This document shows, piece after piece, positions 26,160 to 38,191 of a DNA stretch of 64,000 nucleotides. How positions within the stretch are numbered: the stretch's first letter is position 1; each line of letters begins with the position of its first letter. Source of the stretch: Lobosporangium transversale (Eukaryota); NCBI RefSeq assembly GCF_002105155.1, contig NW_019029005.1, forward strand, positions 310,001-374,000. The letters are read 5' to 3'. A program made the position numbers and the translations under genes. A model generated the notes under the pieces. The model did no database searches. It worked only from the letters and a program-made list of their open reading frames with translations, and had not been told where the DNA came from.

Positions 26160-27715
26160 TTATTGTAGTGGAATGCTTTGTGGAAATCGGAAGACGTTTG
26201 TAGGGTCTGTTGCGGCTTTAATCTGTTTTAGACGAGGAAGGGCCGAGCCATAGTAGGCTTCCTGCCAGTTTGGAATGGTTTTATCAATATAATTTTGGTA
26301 GCCACGAACAGGGCCATAGTTGGTAGTGTAGTCAGCCAAGAACTCACTGTACATGTCGTTCATCCACTTGAGGCAATCTTGGCAGTCGGGTTTGCCTGGT
26401 TTCGCATCCGGGTTCCCATCCCATTCGACTACGAATTCGAGACAGTATGCGAGTCACGGTGGACGAATGATGTTGCATCCACAGGAGTATCTGGGATAGC
26501 TCCTCCCAAATATCAACGATGATATAGTTGGCAGTTGAACCGATGGGTTTTCTTGCAGCCCATTTCCCAAGAAGGCCAATGGTCGAGTCTGTCAAAGGTT
26601 TGGAATAGACTAGAGATTTGCCATTCGTATAGTGCGAATCACCAGCCTTATAAGGACCTTTCAAACCCAGAGCATTGATATCTTTAGGGTCGCCGGCAAC
26701 GTATGCAAAACGTAAATTAGCGTCAATTTGGCGTCCCTCTTGTACTTCTGCGGATAATGGTTTTGGTGCTGTGCTAAAGAAAGAAGAGAGAGCAGCGTCC
26801 ATTTGTGCTCGCGCGCCTTGGAAGATGCCATATAACTCTAGTCCATCAGGCGAGATATTCATCTCTACACCAACATCTCGTGAAGCCGTGGCTTGAAAAT
26901 TGACATAGGCGCGCAAAACGCTAGCATGGCTCGCCATGCCCCAACTGAAAGAGAAGTAGGTGACCACAGGAGGAGGTTTGATAGGCTGGATAGTGAACGA
27001 AGTAACAACACCATAGGAGCCTCCTCCTGCCCCTCGTAGTGCGTAAAATAAATCCGGATTTTGTGTTGCTGAAGCGAGTAGCAGATTTCCGTTGGCATCG
27101 ACCATCTCCATCTCAACAATGCGATCAATTAACAGGCCATATTTGCGAGATAGCAGTCCAAATCCACCTCCGAGTGCATGACCACCAATTCCTACACTAG
27201 GACATGTGCCAGCATTGATCGTCCAGCCGCCTTTATTGAAGAGCTCCAGATAGAGTGGGCCCAAGCGAATTCTGAACCAACTTTGAATGTGGTGCCGGTC
27301 GCAAGTAACAGAAGACAGCCCAGAAAGATCGACCACCAAAGATCCATCCTGCGCCAATGCAATAGCCTTCAAATGAATGACCTCCAGATCGAGGCGCTAC
27401 AGCAATATTAGCAGCTTTTGCGCACTTGACTGCTGTTTGAAACATCGGATGCAGAAATGCCATAACGATGATCTGGGGGTTGAAAGTGTAGCGAAGATCG
27501 AACGCATATCTGTTGTTCTCAAAGGCAGTGGTCTTGCGCTCCAGAACTTTGGAGCCTAAAGGTTTGAGACAAGTGGCTAATGATGTACTCTGTGCAGTGG
27601 GTGTAATATCCTGTCTATCAACCACATCATTACTGTTTGTGAGGTAGTATCCAAAAGAGCTTTGGCAGAGATATAGGATCAAAGCGGTTTTGACGTTGGT
27701 TCTGTGAAATCGCAT
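26160..27715 (-). CDS. Secreted FAD-linked oxidase, berberine-bridge-enzyme/oligosaccharide oxidase-like
   Basis: Signal-like N-terminus, RSGGHSFEG, GTCPSVGIGGHALGGGFG, DLFYALRGAGGGSYGVVT, YQNY...YYG..LPRLKQIKAATDPTNVF. Confidence 0.9.
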
Positions 27716-28156
27716 TATATGTTTGAGAGAAAGAAAAAAAAAGGATGAAGTAGTAAAGATGTGGCTAAGAGATCAATGCATATAATGAAAAGATGAGAAA
27801 AGAAATGGATAAGGAAGAAGAGAAGAGGAAGAAAAAAAAAAAAAAAAAAAAAAAAGAAGAGGAAGAGGAAGAGGAGGAAGGAAGAGGTGAGGCGGGAGGA
27901 AGAGAGGAAAGAAAAAGGGAAGAAAAGGAGAGAGGAATTGCTGTTTAAAAAAAAATCTCAGGTACTAACAAATCTTGGAAATACCAGGGGTAGGGGCGTT
28001 GATGCTGTCTCGGGGATAAATTAGGTTGTGCAACATGAGCAAGGTGCTTATTGGCTGCTTTTTCAATCTTACAAGACATTTGTATAAATATGTAATGTAT
28101 ATACTAAGCATTGACCCACACAGTCATCTTCCCACACAGGATTATTGACAAATACT

Positions 28157-29851
28157 TTATTGGCAATGCTCATGAGGGTGATTAATATCTCCGTTCTCTA
28201 GGTTAGAAGCACCAAAATCACATTCCATCAGGGGCACAACTTTGGTTTTATAGTAAATTTTGTAGCCAAGGTACATGCACAAGAAGAAGGGGAGACCGAT
28301 ATAGCACGCTACAGATTAGAGACTTGTGGATTAGGCTTACTTAACTCGGAATATCCCTGGCCTAATACTACAACCATACACAGCAGCAACGCATATAGTG
28401 GTCCAAATGGAAACATGGCAGCCCTGTATGGTAAGTGCGAAATGTCACCACCTTGTGCGATATATGCACGTCGAAAACGGAAGTGTGAGAGTGCAATCCC
28501 CAACCACGCAATGAATCCTGCAACAGAAGAGATGTTGAGGAGCCAATAGTAAACTTCTCCCGAGCCCAGGAGCGATGCACCAAAGCATAAAGCTGAGACA
28601 ACAGTCGTGCAGACGAGGGCATGCATAGGAATACCACGGGAATTGACTCGGCTAAAAAAAGCCGGGGGCCTTTCCATCACGAGCTAGCATCAGTAGCGTA
28701 CGCGTAGATGCGACATACCCGAGTTGCCTGCTGACATGACTGTAATCAAAATGACAGCATTCATAATATGGGATGCAGGCTTAAGGCTTTTTGAAGTACA
28801 AGTGTGATGGAAGACAGCAACAGCAGTCTTGCGCGACATCACACTGTTGAGAAGATTAGGGTCGTCGTAGGGAATAATTAGCCCAATAATGTATAGATAT
28901 GAATAACGAAACGCGTGATGCGCCAAAAACCTGCTTAATGGCCTTAGGGACATTCTTGCGTGGGTTTTCGCTTTCTCCAGCTGCAACACCAACCAACTCT
29001 GTCCCCTGGAAAGAGAAACCAGCGATCAAAAACACAGAGAGGATACCTCCAAACCCATTGACCACTGGTGCACCTGGTAGTGTCCAGTTGCGGAATCCGA
29101 TTCTATCCCCTCCAACCACTCCAGCATCTACCAGGATCCCGACAATAATAAAGATGATGACAGTGAGGACCTTGATAATGCTGAACCAGTATTCGCTCGC
29201 CATATGCACGGACTGAGATAATATTAACAAAAACCATGAACGCCAAAAAGATTATGCTCCAAACCCAGGCTGGCAGCGCGTCAGATGAGACCCAGAACTG
29301 AAGAATTAATGCTGCAGCTGCGATCTCGGCAGCCACTGTCACTGCCCAACCAAAAAAGTAGTTTGATGCCCAAGGCTAAAAAAATACACATTGGTAAACA
29401 AATATAAATATGTGATATTAGTTTCACTCTTAAAGTTGGTATGTTCAAGAACGACGTTAAAAAGGATTATGTCCTCCTTGACTAACCAAATCCAAGTGCT
29501 GGGTCCACAAAACAGGTAGCATAAGTGGTGAAGGAGCCGGCGGTAGGAATCAGCGTTGCCATCTCACCGAGAGAAGTCATTAGAAAGAATACCATTGATC
29601 CGATCATGATGTAGGCAATCAAGGCTCCCAGAGGTCCAGCCTGTGCGATGGATGACCCTGAAGCCAAGAATAACCCTTTCCAACTGAGCCAGCGATCGAA
29701 ATCATGGAGAATGTCGTGCTTTGAGCCCACGCTTGAGCTCGTTATCTTTTGGAGGAATTGGCTGCTGATCGGATCGGAAGCTTGGCAATTTGGCGATGGT
29801 ATCAACCTTTTCATTAGATCGAGAAGACCAAGAAGAAGCCCTTGAAGGCAT
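28157..29851 (-). CDS. Amino acid permease (APC/YAT family, LysP/Can1-like)
   Basis: LKARH, GLFLASGSSIAQAGPLGAL, SLGEMATLIP, FSFQGTELVGVAAGESENPRK, YIGLPFF; one intron; frameshifts. Confidence 0.92.
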
Positions 29852-30661
29852 TCCAACCGTCTCAATACTGTTGTCTCTTGTTATGTTGCTTGGCTTTTTT
29901 TTTTTTTTTTTTTTTTTTTTAATAAATATATACAAAAAGGGAAGAGTACGAAGTAAATTTTATATTGAAGAATTCAATTTCTGATAATCTGTATAGGGTT
30001 TTTTTTCTAGTGTTTTTATGGGTATATCAAGGAATAATGAATAATTGATGAGGATGAACGGAGAAAAGAAGGGAAGAAAGGAGTAAAAAGCAAACCCTGT
30101 CCGCTTACTGAATTGGTATTTTGAAATTATGTGGTCACAAACCTTGTTTCTTTTATTGAATCACAAAGAAAAGTAATATAAAAAATTGACAAAATATATA
30201 GAATGTGATCTCCAGCGTGATTTAGCCTGAATACCGTTTTTGTGTAGATGTGTAAATTTGGAAAGGCCATCGCATATGACTTGCACTAATGGAGAGGGAT
30301 AAGCAAACATTTTTCTTAACTTGTTTTATCACTTCTCCCTTCACCCACCCCTTCATTCCCCACCACTCAGCATTAAATAACATGGAAGCGCTATTCACAT
30401 CTAATGCAACCAATGCACAGAATAGTTAGGAAGTCCTCTTCAAGGTAGCCTATCGCTCTCTATCGCTGGCGGACTAAGGCTGGTTTGGTGAGCACATTCG
30501 TTATTCAGCATTATATTATATACAAACAATAGTCGTCGCTTGCTGTTGATCCTTTAAAGAAAGAAAACCAAATAATAACTCTTGAACTCTTGAAATTATA
30601 ATTAGAATCACCACAGAATGTTGGTCAGTATTTAGGACAACAGTTAGATTCACACATACAC

Positions 30662-33600
30662 ATGCCCCAACTCCAAAATCAAATTCAATTTCAGGTACAA
30701 TTCCAAGATCAATTCCAATTTCAGGAACAAGGACTTCAAAGCCAAAAGCGGCATATAACGCTACAAGAAAACCCGGCAACTCCTAAACGACGCAAAGGTC
30801 AACCTATAGCAGCTGCGAGCAGAGCTGATGTTGTTGCATCCATGGCGAACAAGACAGCATATGCCACCCATAACAAAATAGCTTGTACGTTGGTCCTACA
30901 GGAGGCAGCTAAGGATCGTGAAAAATCCCTAGCACGTCGAACAGTGTATCATTATCAACAATACCAACGGCATTGGGTGGTGCGTGAGCTTATTTGAATA
31001 GTAGTTGAGCAATGCAAAAAATAATGTTTATTGGTAGCAATTAATTGATCCAATATATATAGGATTGGTGCGAGCGTAAGCATTTCATGGATGGAGACAT
31101 GGTCACATACGAGAAATTCTTACTCTATGTGCGTGAACTTGTGGCAGAAGAATCAGTACAGGCGGAGGACGACTTCTATAGCATCAAGCCATTGCGTGTC
31201 AACGTCACAATAGATTATGAAGGTGATCTCCCTTCTCCAGAGACAGTTGATGCATATGTCAAGTCGGTCATATCGCTCTATCAGTCTCAGCGAGCATTAG
31301 TTCCCAACCCTAGCAACCAGCCATGGGCAAGTCTACGTACAGCCGAGTTCAGAGGGATCATTTCATCATACAGAAAAAGGTAGGAGTAGACAGCAGCATA
31401 ATGTAGTATTATTTAACTTTGAGGCCTGAAAATTGAAGGAGTGGATGTTGTTTTAAAACATATAATATTGCATATTGCTAATTGCCCTAATTGCTGTTCT
31501 GCAGGTATCAACAAAGCAATAAATTCAAGAACCAATATCGAATGTCGGTCGACAATGCATACACACCAGCTCAACTCAAGCAGTTCTTGAAACTTTGTTG
31601 GACTCGATCTTACAAACCTCTGAATGGTGGAGCTAAGACTCACAAGCTGCTTGGGGCTCGCGACCGAGTTAGCTTTGCCTTGAATCATTTTTTGATTGCT
31701 CGTGGCCAAAATTTACTTGATGCGAAATTGAGTAGCCTGTTCCCACATATCCATGCAACGGCTGAGAATGGGCGCCAGCTTTCTTTTGCCCTTGTTCTTG
31801 AGATTACACATGGCAAGACAAATCAGGACTTCACTATCTATTCGTCTTGTATTCGCAATAAAGATGTTGAGCTGTGTCCTTTAGGTGCCTTAGGATTTTA
31901 TCTATTAGAGCTATGGATGGTTAGTTCCTGATACTTTTTCTGTTTAATGTTTCGGGGCTGTACCGACATTCGATTGCTCACATCTATTATTATTCGTAAC
32001 TTTTGACTGTAGGACAAAAAAAACGTTCCTGACTTTCATGACGACAAATGGATGGAAACTTTCCTCATTTTCGGCGCTTCTGATAGAACCCGTATGTCCT
32101 CAACCTCACTCTACAAGTAAGTACAGGGTATACATGGCTTTGTATGGTAGTGCAATAGTAATTGATGGATTGACGCTTCCTCGCGACTTCTTGCTCTTAG
32201 GGCTATGAAAGGGGTTATGAATAAGGCAGGCCATCATAGTGATAAAGTTACTCATGCGGGCCGCAAAGCTGGAGCACAACACGCGATGCTCAATGGATCA
32301 TCGCATGACCAGATATCTCAGCAAGGCAATTGGCTTCATTCTCGCTTGGCGATCCATTACCTACATCCAGTTCCAAGAGCTGTTCCGTATTCGATGGCAG
32401 GCTTCACGCGAACTGATGAGGAATTCTGGCTTCCTCGCAACACACTTATTCCTGATCCCAAACTTCAGAGAATGATTTTTCCTTTCATTGAGAACCTGTT
32501 TGAAGGAAACAAAGACTGGGAGCAGCGCATTGAGAATATCATGATGGACCGCCCCGAGGACTACAATCGACCCCTTTTGGAACAAACAAGCCATTGCAAG
32601 GAGGAAATACCAAAAATACGCTTTAATATTATTCTTGCTCATTTTCGGAAGATTATTCTTCAGGATATGGCTGTACTTATGGAAATTACCGACAATGCTA
32701 ATTGCTATTACCAGATTTACCGGATGCACCATATCTGCCAGATGCCAGTCTTTCAATCGCCAGAGTTCGGAGAGTTTAGTGCAAAGTTGCGCCAAACAAT
32801 GAGTGAGGCAAGATCTCCCTCGATGGATAGCCTTGCAGCAAACGCTCCCGCAATAGCACAGAAACTTGATGTTTTAGGAGCACAGCTTTCAGCTCTTGAT
32901 GACTTCATACGATCACGAGAACGCGTTGATACATCTAACTGTAACTTGACTTCTTCATTCAGGACGCATATGTCAAGTGTCAATCGTCAGCTAGTGGCAC
33001 TCTCTCAAGGGATGAGGGGGCCTTCAATGGTGCAGGAAGAACTATAGGCCACACTGTATCTGAGATCAAATCAATCCAAAGAGAGCAAATACGAGAGTTC
33101 GATCTCCAGATACAGCAGGGATGTGGAGCAGGACAGAGGAGCCCATTCACCCCGGAGCAAGGGCACACAGACGGGCACCTGGTTAGCCATGAGCCGGCTC
33201 ATGAGCAAGCGAGCGTTACCAACACCTCTTCACCTTTACAAGGCGAGGATTCATTCTTCAATGAAGTAGACGGAGCGAGAGAAAGAGAAGAAGAAGTAGT
33301 TGTAGAACAAAGACAAGCTCACTCTCAATCTCAACCTCAATCTCAGTCTGGTATGCAAGGTAGAGTTGATTTGGACCAGTTGGCAGAACAGATCGCCATG
33401 CTCTACGTTCAGATTGGAACAACCCTGTCCTCGCACGAAATGCTTCCGCAAGCAGCGCTTCTCAAGGATCAATGGAAGGAATGGTTCCATGGTGTCGATG
33501 GACGGCCCTCGATCTGGGCTTTGAATAAGAGCTCTGACCAAAAAAGAGCAAAATGGCGTTCAGGATTCGATGCACAGAAAAGGAAGTTGTATCAATTCAA

Positions 33601-33772
33601 GAAGGAACTAATTGAGGCTGTGCTAGAAGAGATATCAAAATCAACATGCATGACGTTAGTGGAAAAGGAAGCTGATGCCCTGACGTCAGTTTCCAAGGCT
33701 ATCATCAACGCTGGCTCCAACAATTCCTACATTAAGATGCGTCGAGCACAAAGAAAAAAAGCTTTTAAGTAA
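30662..33772 (+). mobile_element. CryptonF-type tyrosine recombinase gene (Ndc10-II-like YR + C-terminal GCR1_C domain), 4 introns
   Basis: Exons ~30662-30979, 31063-31379, 31505-31919, 32013-32116, 32201-33772; catalytic set LIARGQN (R), GKTNQ (K), KVTHAGRK (HxxR), GNW, IHYL (Y); CIRNKDVELCPLGALGFYL; QWKEWFHGVDGRPSIWAL GCR1_C motif; one shift at G5 33016-33020. Confidence 0.88.
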
Positions 33773-33935
33773 TGTGTTTATACATATATTTCTTTAAAAT
33801 AAAAATAAACCACACCGTTGAAGGCGTTTCGTTAGACACTTCTAAAGTGTCACTCCATTTTACTTGAAAGCTTCCAACTGATGATATTGGAATATTATTT
33901 ATTACAAAACTGCTGTATGCTATTTTAAGCGGATA

Positions 33936-35803
33936 TCATTGTGTTGTTGTTATTGGTGTTGTTATCGTTGCTGTTGATGACTGATCAAATTTTGATTTTT
34001 TGGTTGCTGGGGAGTCAGATTCGATGTTGAAACTACCTCTCGTGCTCATTTCATTCTTCATTAATTCGAAAAGAGTAAGGACATAGCCAAATATAAGCTT
34101 GCATCTGTCTCTCACGTCTTCCATTTCTCCTATCACTTCTAAAGATTTAGTCAGTTCCAACCTTCGGTATTTTAGCGTGCCATTTTCCAATGTAGATTCA
34201 ACAAATGCCCATTGAAATGAGTTGGTTACGATTCCATAAGCCCTAAGGGCTCTAGGGCAATCTCCATCCTCTCAGTTCGTTTTCGTTTCCTATTGTGCAA
34301 GGCTACATCGAGCTGTACCATATTTTGTGCAAGGCCTTGCACATGATCGTCCTTCTTCACTTCCGTAATGCCAAGAAATTGTCCCGAATTGATACAGTCA
34401 ACAACAGCAAAGTCCAAAGTCCCATAGCCGCGCGTGCCTTTCAAAGACTGTTGTTGCGAAAGGATCATGTCGGGCGCATAGAGCGATACTGCTCCAACCA
34501 TGAATGCATCGACAATTGTTGATCTTGTAGCCTCATTTGATTGTGCATTAAATGCATAGGCTCTACCTTTGCGAATGCAATCGTCCACAATATGTCCCAA
34601 TATTGTCTCTTCAGCTTCTGTCAAGTCCTCCTTGGGCTTGAGATCAAATTTTGGTAGATCAATGAACGATTGTAATTTATACGTGTCTTGAACTTTTTTC
34701 CAGTCCCATGACGAAAAACTAATGGCTGGGGTAGCCAAAGATATAATGAGCCTTTTCCACTTTTTTTGCTGAAGTTTTTCCAAGATAGAACGAAATTGAA
34801 TGTCGTCTCTCAACAACGGAAATGTCTTCGTTTCCTCATCGTACACAAATATTTGGACTTCCTCGAACTCCTCAAACTCCAAGCAATAATCTCGAAGGCT
34901 TTCTCGCAGGCTTCCTATAGTAGCTGATTTAATATTGGTGGAATATGTGCAAATAACCTTATTCCGATCTCTTTTGTTCACGACGCTCAGTGCTAGAATA
35001 ACAACAAAGTCAGCTCTCTTTCACTATGGTTCCTTTCGACATCTTTCCATTCCACATTCTCACTTATTGTTGATTATCACTTACTAGTATATGTGTCCGC
35101 CTGTAGTTGTTGCTCCAATTCGGCGTTTTTCTTTTGTACCATTTCTAAATCTGCTTCCATATGCAGTTTTTGTTGCCTCAGGTCGGTCATTTCCTTGTGT
35201 AAATTTATGATTATCGTTTCTAAATTTGCGATTGTCGTTTCTAAAGTTACGATCATCGTTCCTAAATTTGCGTTCGTATGCAGTCGTTGCTTCAAGTCGG
35301 CGATTTCCTTTTGTAGATCTGCGTTCGTCGTCTGTAGACTTGCGATTATAGGTTCATTCCCTTCACTTTTAACTTAGGAGAAAGGAATACAAATAGAAAG
35401 TGCGTATGACTTGTTTAATCATAGTTAACTGTGGACAAAAAAAAAAGGCATACCAGTAGAGTGGAATAGTACCTGGTCGTTCAATAATGACATGGATGGT
35501 TTTTTTTGGTGGTACAGCGCCAAAAACCTCAGAGACCTCGCTAGTCGGATCTTCGAGCTTCTCTGGGTTTTTCTGCGCCTTCTGCTCGTCTGTAAGATTG
35601 CTTAATGTAATTGGTTTCTTGGAGATAGAAGAAATGGCGACATGCCAGAGAGTGAGCTTGCTTGCATTAATATCATGAAACTCTAGCTGCTTTTTCTTGA
35701 TGGCATCCTTGAGATGGTCTATCGTTTTTGAAGAGGAGATATCCACTGAGAATATGGAGGAATCTCCATCGATAACGCAAAAGAGGGTTACTTCGGTGGC
35801 CAT
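33936..35803 (-). CDS. Crinkler (CRN) family protein: ubiquitin-like CRN N-domain, coiled coil, PD-(D/E)xK nuclease C-domain
   Basis: TLFCVIDGD..TIDHLKDAIK..LTLWHV..TIHVIIERP; nuclease NEATRS, GTLDFAVVD, GITEVKK, QGLAQNMVQL, YGIVTNSFQWAF; 2 introns; one shift near 34270. Confidence 0.88.
35195..35275. repeat. 21-bp degenerate tandem repeat encoding heptads in the CRN linker
   Basis: atcgtttctaaatttgcgatt / gtcgtttctaaagttacgatc / atcgttcctaaatttgcgttc; encodes ANLGTMI VTLETTI ANLETII. Confidence 0.75.
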
Positions 35804-36611
35804 GGTAGTGTTATGATTGTTTGTTTCAATAGTTTCAATGGAGCGAGTATTTTAAAGGATGGCGATAGCGCAAAGCCACAATGCGCCTTGCAAATAGGAA
35901 GAGAATGTTATCCATTTTTGATTCTTATTTTAAAATATAATAAATGAATAGCTATATTTGTGATTCATATTGACGCAAGGAACTCACCATAAGAGAATGA
36001 TACGGATAGATAGATGGAAATCAAAAAGGGAGGACTGAAATATCATGTGACGACATATATAGGATCACAGGAAAAATTTTGTGACCCTGTGCACGCTACT
36101 GAGACTCTTTTGTCATGAGCAGATCCAATAAAGAAATGATTGGCATCGTCCATGTTTCAGTCGCCGACAGGTTTTAAGTCAGTCGTCCTAATCATATTCG
36201 TTACGAGATGTGATTAAGGAAGCAAAGTATACGAATATCTGAATGAATATAGCTCTACCCATCACTCTGGTTGGATTCTTTAAGTACTTTGCAATTTGGG
36301 AGATCAAAGAGCAAAGTGCACAGTCCTCTTGAGTTCTGTGGGTAGCACAACAATCAAACAAGGCAAGTTTTCCACGATTGTTTACATACTTTTCTCCAAC
36401 ACCCTGAATGTCTGGATGCCGTTGGGACTGACGTTATCAAGGATGTGAGACTGCTGATGGATTAGAGATTTTATCTCTGTTCTGAAGTGTATAAATATAA
36501 TATATAATATATATATATATATATACTAAATATCTACTGAGTCTGACTTTTATTGATCGTGGGGTCTGTTGACGAAAGAGGATTGGAACAAATAAGGTTT
36601 TTCTCTTTAGC

Positions 36612-37885
36612 TTATTTCACCTCACCTTCATCTTCTACTTCTTCTTCCTCAACGATACCTGCACCAGTGCCCCACCCGAAAACATCTTTTGATGCAGCCA
36701 CATCTATTCTTCTATATGGAGCAATTGGTAGAGCTACCTGTTTCATAGTGCGTAATACATGACGCAAGTGCTGTGCACTAAGGAGGTGGCCTAGCCATGC
36801 CTTCCACCTATTCCAACGTGACCCGCAAACAGAACAATACCAATGAGCTTGAGTTGCATTGATGGAAGTTTCGTTGAGAAGAGTTGATGGCATTGCACGT
36901 TGTCCTGCATTTTTCGTACAGCTACTTTGTGTCTGGGAAGCGGCTGCTATACTTATATCTGTTTGGTTTAACAGACGGGGGGCCGAGATGTGTGTTATAG
37001 ATGTTTGTTTCGAAGGACGATCATTCTTATTCTTGTCTTGCGTTTTTTCATTGGATATCCAGTTCATCTTTAGTCCTGCATCACCTGAGTCAGCTAACCT
37101 CTGTTTCCGAGACCTTGCCTTCTTTATGGCTCTTTCAAGTTGTCTTCTTCGTTGTTTTGCTCCTTGCCGGCGTGATACTTCCACCTCTTCAATGGGGTTG
37201 TTTTTTTCGGGCTTTAATAGTGCAGAGGTCGGTTTTGAGAACTTGTTGGAAGGATCAACTGTGGATACTGAGGTTTGATCTTTATGTAACTGCTTTACTC
37301 TTGCAAGGTGCTTTTTAGACGATAAATGAGTTGTGAGCATGGCGATTGAGGTAAAACGTGCATTTGGGCAAGTGGGACATTTTGGTGGGTTTTCCTATTC
37401 AAAGGTAAACAGCGATAATTTAAAAAGAAAAGAACGTCTGTTGTCATATAAATAACAAGGAGTTTTAAACCAAAGCAAACACAGCCAAGATAAGCAACCA
37501 GCGTCGGATTAAAAAATATATACCATTAGTCTTTTTTGCTGCTGCTTGCGAGAATTGTATGAAATCCTTTGCAGCTCCTCATCAGGTAATAATTGCCAAG
37601 CATAGAGGTGTTTTTGTGCAGCATTGTCGGTACCAGAGGATTTGGTATCAACACCAGCCTTATGTATTGGCATTTGTGTTTGTAGTGACTTTATAGTAAT
37701 ATCCACGTGGTCCATCAAATTGAAACTCTTGAAGTTGGTACAGGTCCTCTAAGGATTGCATATTCGTCAAGTTCATGAAGCACAGAGCATTCTCGAATGA
37801 ATAGAAGATGTACTAACTAGCCAAGATAGTTGATTACACCCAAGCCACAACAGGTTTCCTGGACTTGAAAATTGCAGTCGTTCAT
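36612..37885 (-). CDS. C2H2 (matrin/U1-like) zinc-finger protein
   Basis: CPTCPNARFTSIAMLTTHLSSKKH and WYCSVCGSRWNRWKAWLGHLLSAQH. Confidence 0.65.
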
Positions 37886-38191
37886 GTCGCGTCTTTTATT
37901 ATGACCCATATCATTACGATCACATCCATTTTTCCGATCACTGCCATCCTCGCCCACTAAAAAATACACTTTTCTGCAATCTCCATCACTCTCGCAACAA
38001 TCAAATAAATAAATAAATAAATAAAAAAGAGTGCCATTTCTTTACGACGTAAGCGACAAGAGACAGCGAGCTTTTGTGCGTGCATTAAACAAAAGCCACT
38101 TAGGCTGGTGACGAGCTCACTTTTCCCCCCATTTCACTTTCATTGACTTCTCCTTCCACCGGGCACTAACAACCTGGCCGCGACCTTGCTC

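Noticed and set aside
27800..27940. Purine-rich and poly-A tracts, (TA)n at ~36500 and GAACAG repeats at ~62980
   Set aside because: Ordinary low-complexity UTR, promoter or intron sequence found throughout this window.
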